The position numbers and the translations under genes were made by a program. Under the pieces are notes generated by a model, which did not search any database, was not told where the DNA came from, and worked only from the letters and a program-made list of their open reading frames with translations. 64,000 bases of DNA from Bacillota bacterium (GTDB lineage Bacteria; Bacillota; Clostridia; Acetivibrionales; DTU013). The stretch covers positions 1,122-65,121 of the forward strand of contig JAEYRV010000040.1 in the NCBI GenBank assembly GCA_023435305.1, read 5' to 3'. Positions 49,296-57,615 of this stretch are shown one piece after another (positions within the stretch are counted from its first letter, which is position 1; every line of letters begins with the position of its first letter).

Positions 49296-50123
49296 CTAGA
49301 ATGATATATCATGGGGGGTGATATATAAAGGCTCTTTTTCACCCTTAACCATGATTCTCCACACAGGCAGGGGCTCTATTGATATGGATGTATCCTCGGA
49401 TGCTTTTTCCATGAGCTTGTATCCGCTGTCAATACTCGTGATCACAATATCTTTATCCTTTTTAAAATAGGAAAGCAGTATCTGATATACCTCCGGCTGT
49501 TCAATATTCTCAGCCGAAAAGCCTTTTATTTGATACTTCTGGTATTCAAGCCGTGTAACTCCATTAGCATTAAGTTCGATAATAAAGTAATTGTCAAATA
49601 ACAATTGGCCTTCATATTTCTCCGTGTAATATAACACAAACCCGCCGTCATCTTTCTTTTCAAACCTCTCAAGCATGTATTTCCCACCTGTCAGTCCCTT
49701 GGCTTCCATAAACTTATAGGCAGCTTCAGATGCTTTGTTTTTATCAGGAATACTTCCTGCAGCCGATACGGCCTTAGCACCAGTGTATTCAAACCTTGTC
49801 TCACCTGAAAAAGCAACTTCGCCGGAAGAGTTGAAATAGACTGAATCGTCCTTCCCCTCATGATCTTCGCCCAGCAGTCTGGCCGCGATGCCAGCCCGAT
49901 CCAGGCCACCCTTGTTATACTCAAGTCTGTGGCTGTTGCCCGCTTTTACAGGTATATCACACTCCAGTGTGATACCTCGCTGCTCCAATATCGTTACAGC
50001 ATTCTCCAACGTTTCTTTGCTGACACCCTGAGCATCAGTAAAAACCAGATTATTAACAAGCAGGAATATGTTAAATGCTGCGAGCAATGCTATTATTACA
50101 GTTTTAGCCCTGGAAACATCCAT
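49296..50123 (-). CDS. yycI: YycI-like two-component regulatory protein
   Basis: The N-terminal anchor MDVSRAKTVIIALLAAFNIFLL, the size, and the position after the yycH-like gene all fit. Confidence 0.6.
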   Translation of the reverse strand: MDVSRAKTVIIALLAAFNIFLLVNNLVFTDAQGVSKETLENAVTILEQRGITLECDIPVKAGNSHRLEYNKGGLDRAGIAARLLGEDHEGKDDSVYFNSSGEVAFSGETRFEYTGAKAVSAAGSIPDKNKASEAAYKFMEAKGLTGGKYMLERFEKKDDGGFVLYYTEKYEGQLLFDNYFIIELNANGVTRLEYQKYQIKGFSAENIEQPEVYQILLSYFKKDKDIVITSIDSGYKLMEKASEDTSISIEPLPVWRIMVKGEKEPLYITPHDISF

Positions 50124-50126
50124 ATG

Positions 50127-51533
50127 TCAATCTCCCTCTTCAGGCTGCAAATCAAGAAATATGAGGCCTTTATTCTTGGTTTCTATGATCAGAGCAGGTT
50201 CAAGCACTTCGCTCTGTCTATTGTCGATATAAAATCCAGTATCTATCTGTCGAATATTGATATCATCAAATAATATTTTATTCTGTCCCATCAATTCAAG
50301 GACCCTGTCATTGTACATGCCGGATCGTGCATGTCTGAAGTTCCTGAAGAGCCAGTCACATTCCAGTACCCTTTTGCTGTCTGCCACTATGCTTATGGCA
50401 TGCTGCAGTTTATTACCATTACCATCCTTCATATCATAGTCGATCTTGACAAGCATACCCTCGATCTTGTAATCAAATCCGAATTTATATATACCTCCGG
50501 CTTTTTTCTCAACAGATGTCAGTGTAATATTCGCCTGTGAATCATAAAGCTCTTTCTTTCTCGCTATAAACTGGTATGCATTCATCAGTGCTTCATGCGC
50601 CCTGGATCTGGAATCCTGTTCGGCACTGCCCAGATAACGGTATGTGAGATATCCGTCGGGATAATACCTGTAAATATTACTGCCATACGTGAACTGTATA
50701 ACATTTTCATTATATATGTACTTGTTGTAACGGGCGGCGTCGCTTCCCAGGATAATATAATCAAGTTCATCCCTTATCTCCGTCATTTCAGGAGGATCGG
50801 CCGATATCACCGGATAAGACCAGTACCTTGGAGAAACGGCGGCATACAAAACGTCCGGTTCATCTTCCTTCTTTTGAATATTGCTTCCGGCAAAGGAATA
50901 ATACCTTCGATTTAACTGATCCACATTCTCGTACAGCCTATTAATAGCGTTAGTCAGATTGACAGCCTTCTCATACCTTATCGGGTTTGAAGTGTAAACG
51001 GCCCCATCTTCTCCGTATATATAAAATGTCCCTATATCGCCGTTGATAATATCCCTTTTTATCATGATCTTCGTGAATTCGGGCATATCATTAGCCGGAT
51101 CGCCTGTACCCAAAAACCAACCAAGGAGCTCCGGCTCCACCGGATACCTGAAATCTATCAAGAATCCTCGTTTTTCAACGATCTTATCCCATATTTCAGC
51201 AGAAGCGGTCAGCCTGACCTTACCGTCAGCTATTTTTGTAAGTCCTGCCACTGCTTCGTTCCAAAAATCATTATAATATTCATTTGTCTCTGTGATCAGC
51301 CAATGAGAATTGGAATACTCTCCATCTGAAACGATGATCCTGTCAGGCATGAATAGATCTTCCCTCACAGCTTCATTACTGATCTGGATATCATTACTAA
51401 AGAGTCTCTCTAAAAAACTAATAGGAGCCCCCTGGTTCTGATAGCTCCAAAGGATTCCTACCTGTAAAAGTCCCGATACTAAAAGTATGTATATGAAAAT
51501 CGTCTTTATTCGCTCTTTTATTTCACGGCTCAT
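50127..51533 (-). CDS. yycH: YycH-like two-component regulatory protein
   Basis: N-terminal anchor ERIKTIFIYILLVSGLLQVGILW, 468 aa, and the expected position in the wal cluster. Confidence 0.6.
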   Translation of the reverse strand: MSREIKERIKTIFIYILLVSGLLQVGILWSYQNQGAPISFLERLFSNDIQISNEAVREDLFMPDRIIVSDGEYSNSHWLITETNEYYNDFWNEAVAGLTKIADGKVRLTASAEIWDKIVEKRGFLIDFRYPVEPELLGWFLGTGDPANDMPEFTKIMIKRDIINGDIGTFYIYGEDGAVYTSNPIRYEKAVNLTNAINRLYENVDQLNRRYYSFAGSNIQKKEDEPDVLYAAVSPRYWSYPVISADPPEMTEIRDELDYIILGSDAARYNKYIYNENVIQFTYGSNIYRYYPDGYLTYRYLGSAEQDSRSRAHEALMNAYQFIARKKELYDSQANITLTSVEKKAGGIYKFGFDYKIEGMLVKIDYDMKDGNGNKLQHAISIVADSKRVLECDWLFRNFRHARSGMYNDRVLELMGQNKILFDDINIRQIDTGFYIDNRQSEVLEPALIIETKNKGLIFLDLQPEEGD

Positions 51534-51557
51534 TTAAGCCCCCGTATAGCCAGTAGA

Positions 51558-52295
51558 TTACTTTCCTTTTCCTAATAAATTTGTTATGAATGTCTTAAAA
51601 TCTTCCAGTGTGATCTGTGGGTCGCTGGTTGGCTTCTTGGCGGTCTTTTCAGGACTGATGGCTTTATCGGCGGCGGATTCTTTGTTTGCTTCAACTACGA
51701 TACTGTTGTATTGCACCTTTGAATCCAGCTTCTCCGAATCCCTGTAGGAAATAAGAAGCAGATTGTTCATCCCATATCCCAGGATAGCTTCCTTGGTCTC
51801 GGTACCGCATGCCAGCTTAATGGATTTCTCTCCATCAAATTCGATTCTTTCATACTTTCCGGTCTCGCTGTTCAGTATGGCAACAGAGAATACTACATCA
51901 TCGAACTCAGTCTTTACACTTATGGAGAATTTTTTTGAATATATCGATACTTTCTCATTTATCACATCAGGTTTTAATATCTCTATGATCTTCAGTTCAT
52001 TATTTACAGCTTTCCCCTCATCGAGCACCTTCTTGATAGCGGCGTAAAACTCTGCATCCGGGCCTTTTATTTCTTTGTCAGCATATGTACTCTTCTTCTC
52101 ATCAGCGCTTCCCTGTTCCTGTTTACCTGCAGAGTCTGTTTTGCTCATTTCTGCTTGCAGCGCGCTGCTCTTGGCTGCGGCCACCGACGCCGGAACAGAA
52201 TCTCCTGCACCCTCAGTGTTGCCGGCAAATACCGTCATCGTAAAGCTTGTAATTATTATCAAAGCAATAATCAATGCTATCAGCTTTTTCAACAT
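51558..52295 (-). CDS. hypothetical secreted protein inserted between walK and yycH
   Basis: Signal peptide, a K/E/A-rich linker, and a beta-rich core. I recognise no family. Confidence 0.55.
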   Translation of the reverse strand: MLKKLIALIIALIIITSFTMTVFAGNTEGAGDSVPASVAAAKSSALQAEMSKTDSAGKQEQGSADEKKSTYADKEIKGPDAEFYAAIKKVLDEGKAVNNELKIIEILKPDVINEKVSIYSKKFSISVKTEFDDVVFSVAILNSETGKYERIEFDGEKSIKLACGTETKEAILGYGMNNLLLISYRDSEKLDSKVQYNSIVVEANKESAADKAISPEKTAKKPTSDPQITLEDFKTFITNLLGKGK

Positions 52296-52444
52296 TTTTC
52301 GATTCCCTCAATCACATTTTCTCCGCATCAAATATTCATTATTTTCTATTTATGCTACTAATATTATACAGGTACTCTGTTACAGAATTATTACATCATA
52401 CTTACGAATAAATTACATAATAAATCCTGCAAATGCTCATTTTG

Positions 52445-54223
52445 TCAAGCTTGTCTGTTCACAGGCAGTCTTACGGTAACTTCAGTGCCAACACCGATTT
52501 TACTGTTTATACTGATAGTACCGGAATGAGCTTCAACGATCTCCTTTGCAATAGACAAGCCCAGGCCTGTCCCTCCCATTTCCCTGGATCTGGCCTTGTC
52601 CACCCTGTAAAATCTCTCGAATATTCTTTGCAGATCGCTTTCGGGTATTCCTATCCCGTTGTCTGAAACCTTAAAATAGACATCATTATATATTTTTCCG
52701 ACATAGACCGTAACCTTACCGCCTTCCAGTGTATATTTAATGGCGTTTCCGATTATGTTGAAGGCAACCTGCTCAAGCCTTCCGTAATCGGCCTGGATCT
52801 CAGGTATATCTCCCATAACGAAGCATTCAAGTACTTGATTTCTTGATTTGGACTCCAGTTCCATCCTTTCAACGGCACTCTTGATCAGATCCACTATCGA
52901 CATTCTTTTGAATTCCCACTTCATTTGGTGGTTGTCAAGCCTTGAAAGCTGCAGCAGATCCCTGACGAGCCGAGTCATCCTGTCCGCCTCGGAGTTGACG
53001 ACCTCAAGAAAATGTTTAGCAGTCCCCTTGTCATCCAGCGCTCCGTCAAGCAATGCTTCGGAATAACTCTTAATGGATGTGAGCGGTGTTCTAAGTTCAT
53101 GGGATACATTTGCCACAAACTCCTTGCGCATATCCTCCAGTCGCTGCTGCTCGGTTATATCCTGCAGCACGGCAATGACACCCTCCGGCCTCTTTATCTC
53201 ATCCGTAAATACAGCAAAATACACCTTCACAGTTTTCGTGCCAACAGTAATGTTAATCTCGGCAGTTTGATTCGACTGAAGATACAGAACATCCTCCAGT
53301 GAGTACTCGAACCCGAAGCAAGATCTGTAATCGCTGAAATTCCCGAGTCCTTCGACACCCAGGATCCTTGCTGATGCCGGATTGGTATGAATGACCTCGC
53401 CCTGCAGGTTGAACGCTATTATGCCATCCGTCATATAGTTCAAAATGGTTTCCATTTTACTTTTTTCACTTGATATCTCTGTAAGATTGTCCTTTAGGTT
53501 CTGAGCCATGTAGTTGAAGGTCTCTGTCAGTTTTCCTATTTCATCACCGGATTTGACCTCAAGCTCCAGATCAAAATCGCCCTTTGCAATGCTTTCCGCC
53601 TTTTGCATAAGCTTCACCAGAGGTGACGTGATCGTCCGTGACAGAAAATAGCCCGCCAGCAGAGCGATAATAATTCCGATCAATAAACTGGTATAAATAA
53701 TGTTGTTAAAATACTTGGTAATAGCAGCCCAGTCTTCTCTGTAATAGCGGAAATATATGATACTGCTTCCCACAGGCTTTGCATAGTCAAAAAAGCTCGA
53801 TTCTCCCGAGCTTTCGAGTATTCTGATATTGTCTTCCTTTCCTGCAAGAGCCCGGATGAAATTATCCGAGCCAAGAAGTGAATTCAGTGCAAGCTCCCTG
53901 GTGTTGTTATAGAACTCATTATCATTGGTGAAATATATCTCACCGCTGTTGGTATCGAAAATAGTATAGCTTCTGTTTTCCAGGTTCAGTTGAAAAACGC
54001 TTTCGCTGTTCTGCAGAGCTGACTTCAGCTCTTCGGCAGTCGGAGAATCGTTTGCCGAAGCTATGGACCAATCAGTAAATCCCTTCTGGATCCTTGTAAT
54101 GAAGTTATCATAATATTTGCTCTCTATCCTGCCGTTAAGATAAAGTCCTATCGGAATGATCAGGCAGAATATTATCAGACAGAAAAAACTGACCAGCCGC
54201 CACTGTAAACTTTTTGGAAACAT
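52445..54223 (-). CDS. walK: sensor histidine kinase WalK (VicK/YycG-like)
   Basis: The domain order is TM, extracellular loop, TM, HAMP, PAS, then HisKA (FVANVSHELRTPLT) and HATPase (GTGLGLSIAKE). Confidence 0.85.
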   Translation of the reverse strand: MFPKSLQWRLVSFFCLIIFCLIIPIGLYLNGRIESKYYDNFITRIQKGFTDWSIASANDSPTAEELKSALQNSESVFQLNLENRSYTIFDTNSGEIYFTNDNEFYNNTRELALNSLLGSDNFIRALAGKEDNIRILESSGESSFFDYAKPVGSSIIYFRYYREDWAAITKYFNNIIYTSLLIGIIIALLAGYFLSRTITSPLVKLMQKAESIAKGDFDLELEVKSGDEIGKLTETFNYMAQNLKDNLTEISSEKSKMETILNYMTDGIIAFNLQGEVIHTNPASARILGVEGLGNFSDYRSCFGFEYSLEDVLYLQSNQTAEINITVGTKTVKVYFAVFTDEIKRPEGVIAVLQDITEQQRLEDMRKEFVANVSHELRTPLTSIKSYSEALLDGALDDKGTAKHFLEVVNSEADRMTRLVRDLLQLSRLDNHQMKWEFKRMSIVDLIKSAVERMELESKSRNQVLECFVMGDIPEIQADYGRLEQVAFNIIGNAIKYTLEGGKVTVYVGKIYNDVYFKVSDNGIGIPESDLQRIFERFYRVDKARSREMGGTGLGLSIAKEIVEAHSGTISINSKIGVGTEVTVRLPVNRQA

Positions 54224-54259
54224 ACACACCTCGTATATATGAATGCTTCAGGGCCTGCT

Positions 54260-54958
54260 TTATTTGTCCTGTTTGTCGAAATAATAGCCTACCCCTCGCT
54301 TGGTCAGAATATACTCGCAGTTGGCAGGATCTCTTTCAAGCTTCTCCCTGACCCGCCTGATGGTAACATCAACTGTTCTCACATCTCCGTAGTATTCATA
54401 GCCCCAAACCTTTTCCAGGAGATTCTCTCTGGAGAATATCTGCCCGGGATGCATCGCAAGGAATTTAACAAGCTCAAATTCCCTTAGTGTCAGCTCTATC
54501 CCATCATCGCCCCTGACTACCTCATATCTGTCACAATCTATTTTCAAATCGCCGCATTGTATAAAATTGGTCTTGGTCGCTGCGGCTTCCTCAAGTGCGG
54601 TCCTTCTGATATTTGCCTTTATCCTGGCCATCAGCTCCCTCTGGCTGAAAGGCTTGGTTATATAATCATCCGCACCAAGCTCGAGGCCAAGCACCTTATC
54701 TACCTCTTCCTCTTTTGCTGTCAGCATGATAATAGGCGTAGAGATCGATTGCCTAAGCTTTCTGCATACAGTGAAGCCATCCATCTTGGGAAGCATGACA
54801 TCAAGCAGTATAAGATCCGGCTTCTCACCAAGCGCCAGCTCCACAGCTTGTTCGCCATCGTATGCCTCTACCGTAGTGAAGCCCTCTTTTTTAAGATTGA
54901 ACTTCAGAATATCCACTATATTTTTTTCATCATCAACGATCAATATCTTCTTACTCAC
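54260..54958 (-). CDS. walR: OmpR-family response regulator WalR (YycF-like)
   Basis: KKILIVDDE...DLILLDVMLPKMDG...TAK in the receiver domain, then LTLREFELVKFL...RTVDVTIRRVREKL. I infer a GTG start at 54958. Confidence 0.85.
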   Translation of the reverse strand: MSKKILIVDDEKNIVDILKFNLKKEGFTTVEAYDGEQAVELALGEKPDLILLDVMLPKMDGFTVCRKLRQSISTPIIMLTAKEEEVDKVLGLELGADDYITKPFSQRELMARIKANIRRTALEEAAATKTNFIQCGDLKIDCDRYEVVRGDDGIELTLREFELVKFLAMHPGQIFSRENLLEKVWGYEYYGDVRTVDVTIRRVREKLERDPANCEYILTKRGVGYYFDKQDK

Positions 54959-55022
54959 AAATACTCTCCCTTTATTCAAACGGTTTATTTACAATCGTTT
55001 TCATCCGGCTTATACAATGTTT

Positions 55023-55056
55023 ATCAGGGACAGTCCTTATACAAGACGTCCCTGAT
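55023..55056. repeat. 9-bp-stem inverted repeat in the region between the TolC-like gene and walR
   Basis: ATCAGGGAC-N16-GTCCCTGAT. There is no adjacent U-run on either strand. Confidence 0.6.
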
Positions 55057-55164
55057 GTATTTCAAAGCTGTCACTTTAAATATTATATCATTATAGTTAC
55101 AAAAAACATAGCTATTATCATTATGTGTCATATTTTACCACGCCATCTGCATGGATATACAGTT

Positions 55165-56286
55165 TTACTGTTTTGTCTTTAATTCAACAGGATCTATGTA
55201 CATCCTGAAGGATTGTACTGCCTTATAGTACTCAAGCTGTGCATTATTCAGGTCAACCTCGGCTGTGCCAACATCATTCTGTGCACTAAGGTAATCCAGG
55301 TATGTGCTCATACCAAGATCATATTTTTTCTTTGATATTTCAGCCAGTTTGACCTTTTGGTCATAATCCATCTGTTTGATGGTTATATCATCCTTCAGAT
55401 TCAGGATATTATTGTAATCCTGCCTTATCTTCAGCTCTACAGCTACTTTTTTATCTCTTATATCATAATCACTGTTCAGCAGACTATCTTCAAGCGTGTC
55501 ACATTCATCCGGTCTAATGTACGAATATCGATATAAAACATCATATCTTGTTTTAGTCAAAAGCTTATTGTTCTCCAGCTTTTTAACATCATGTGACTCT
55601 GTTACAGTCTGCACAGCCAGGTCCTCTATTGAATCAATATCCACGATCTCATTTGGAAGCTTGGTTTCTGTGAGTAATATTTCAGCATCCAGAGCATTTC
55701 CCATCTTTTGATTCAGTGAAGATTTCAGGTTGCCAAGGTCTCTCTCGTAGCCCTTTAATACAGTTTCTGCATTCTTGACAGCAATTTCATATGACAGTGC
55801 CATAGTCTCCGTCACTATACCGGATTTCACCTTTTTCTGTATTGATTCATATTCCGCTTTAGTTCTTGAAACTATGTTGTTTTGATTATCTATGTAACGC
55901 TGAGACTGAAGTATTTGAAAATACAATAACGTAACATCGATTCTCAGTTTCTTTTCCGAATTGGATTTCTGCCATAAAAATTCATTCAGGTCAGCTTCCT
56001 TCTGTAGTGGATAAAGAAGCTCCTCAAGTTTGTTATTTATACGCTGTGTATCAGATGACCAAGTCTTATCAGGCGCTAATTTAGCCGCTGCAACAGCCAT
56101 GTTATATCTTCTCTCCGCAAGCTTTATCTTATCGTCTAAAAGCTTCAGCGAACCATCATTCTTTAAAGCGGTATCAATTGCCGACTGTAAAGTGATCTTA
56201 GCCGGTTTTCTCTCTGCTCCCCAGACAGCAGATGTGGATAAGCATATCATTACTATAACTAAAAGAAAGCTCAACAACTTTTTCAT
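55165..56286 (-). CDS. TolC/outer-membrane-efflux-protein (OEP) family-like secreted protein
   Basis: Signal peptide MKKLLSFLLVIVMICLSTSAVWG. N-terminal box ITLQSAIDTALKNDGSLK and C-terminal box KKYDLGMSTYLDYLSAQNDVGTAEVDLNNAQLEYYKAVQSF, with long helical repeats between them. Confidence 0.7.
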   Translation of the reverse strand: MKKLLSFLLVIVMICLSTSAVWGAERKPAKITLQSAIDTALKNDGSLKLLDDKIKLAERRYNMAVAAAKLAPDKTWSSDTQRINNKLEELLYPLQKEADLNEFLWQKSNSEKKLRIDVTLLYFQILQSQRYIDNQNNIVSRTKAEYESIQKKVKSGIVTETMALSYEIAVKNAETVLKGYERDLGNLKSSLNQKMGNALDAEILLTETKLPNEIVDIDSIEDLAVQTVTESHDVKKLENNKLLTKTRYDVLYRYSYIRPDECDTLEDSLLNSDYDIRDKKVAVELKIRQDYNNILNLKDDITIKQMDYDQKVKLAEISKKKYDLGMSTYLDYLSAQNDVGTAEVDLNNAQLEYYKAVQSFRMYIDPVELKTKQ

Positions 56287-56287
56287 T

Positions 56288-57544
56288 TTAATACCCCCCT
56301 GATGCATAGCCCGGTCCAATACCACTAGCCGCATTCAATTTATATACTGCATTATTGTTATCCCGCATTGCCCTGTTGTATTCCAATTTAGCCTGCGAAT
56401 ATGAGATCTCAACATTCCAAAGGTCCGCCAGGCTTATCAATCCCTTTTCATATCTCATTTCGGCTTCCTTGTATTGCCGTTCTGCATTCTGAAGTTTCTC
56501 AATTGAAATGAAAAAGTTGGAAAACTTTAGCTGCACATCTTTATAACCATATGATATATCCAATGTAACATTATTAACAGCCTCATCATATGCTATCTGC
56601 TTCTCATCGAGAGCCATATCGGACTCCATTCTCTCTACAAGCAATTCATTCGTAATGTATTGCTTCATAATGTCATTTTCTCTTTTCGTCGTCTGCAAGT
56701 CCATTTTTGCTGTCAATATCTCATTACGGTTACTTAATGCCTTGTTCAAATATGTATTATAAGTATTAGCCTGTTTTACCCCTTTAGCCTTGACATATGA
56801 TAACTCTATCTCCTGGTTAAGAGGAATGCCGATCTGTTGTTTCAATAACATCATCATGTTATCTATACTTCTCTTTGTCTTGTCAATAGATAATTTCTGC
56901 TTCTCAAGAGCACAGTCCGACATATATTTATTGATCTCAGACACCATTCCTTTATTGTATCTGGTCAACATCTGTTCATTCTGCTTTTTCATATTTTCGT
57001 AGAGCTGCTCTTGAATCGTAAGCATATCCTGCATATCAATGAGTCCGTCAAATATTTGTTTGACCCCGGACTCGATGGATGCGCTGATCACCCTTCTGCT
57101 TGTTTCAATATTTTGTATGGCCGCCCAGACAGAATAATGCGGGATATCACGATTCTTTATAAACTGCTCGTACATTTGTGTAGAACTATATACAGGGGGT
57201 TTAGGCCCGAATATGGTTTGATATGCCAGCAATTCATTCTCTTCATCGATTGTCAGGGACAGATCCCCAATACTCTTGTCGTATAAAAATTCGTATCTAT
57301 CCAGGACATCCAGCTGCTCCTGTATTGCATGACTCATCGCAAAAAGCTCATTATGCTGTTCCCATAAGTCCTCCAACTGCTGCTTTAATATTTCATCATG
57401 ATGATTATACGCTATAGCTTTATCCATACATTCGTCTAATGTAAGGATCAATGAACTGTTTTCCTGGTCGGCTTCGGCAAATACATTGCATTGAAACATC
57501 AGTATAACCGCCAGTATGAGAAACACAGCTACCGGTTTCCGCAT
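56288..57544 (-). CDS. TolC/outer-membrane-efflux-protein (OEP) family-like secreted protein
   Basis: Signal peptide MRKPVAVFLILAVILMFQCNVFA. It has LTLDECMDKAIAYNHHDEIL and ...YEKGLISLADLWNVEISYSQAKLEYNRAMRDNNNAVYKL. The TAA-A-ATG junction couples it to the next gene. Confidence 0.7.
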   Translation of the reverse strand: MRKPVAVFLILAVILMFQCNVFAEADQENSSLILTLDECMDKAIAYNHHDEILKQQLEDLWEQHNELFAMSHAIQEQLDVLDRYEFLYDKSIGDLSLTIDEENELLAYQTIFGPKPPVYSSTQMYEQFIKNRDIPHYSVWAAIQNIETSRRVISASIESGVKQIFDGLIDMQDMLTIQEQLYENMKKQNEQMLTRYNKGMVSEINKYMSDCALEKQKLSIDKTKRSIDNMMMLLKQQIGIPLNQEIELSYVKAKGVKQANTYNTYLNKALSNRNEILTAKMDLQTTKRENDIMKQYITNELLVERMESDMALDEKQIAYDEAVNNVTLDISYGYKDVQLKFSNFFISIEKLQNAERQYKEAEMRYEKGLISLADLWNVEISYSQAKLEYNRAMRDNNNAVYKLNAASGIGPGYASGGY

Positions 57545-57615
57545 AAAATCCCCCCTCGTTTCTCTATATGATACGAGTAATTTACTATTTGGTCTGTTAC
57601 TTCATTATTTAGTGA

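Noticed and set aside
54980-55164. Possible WalR boxes (TGTWAH-N5-TGTWAH) upstream of walR.
   Set aside because: Only isolated half-site-like hexamers (TGTATA, TGTAAA) occur, without correct spacing.
55165-57544. Reading the TolC-like genes as proof that the host has an outer membrane.
   Set aside because: No BamA, LPS, OmpM or porin-type genes are in the window, and the local SLH proteins carry Ig-like rather than porin-like domains. The question cannot be settled from this window, so it is kept as an open alternative in the finding.
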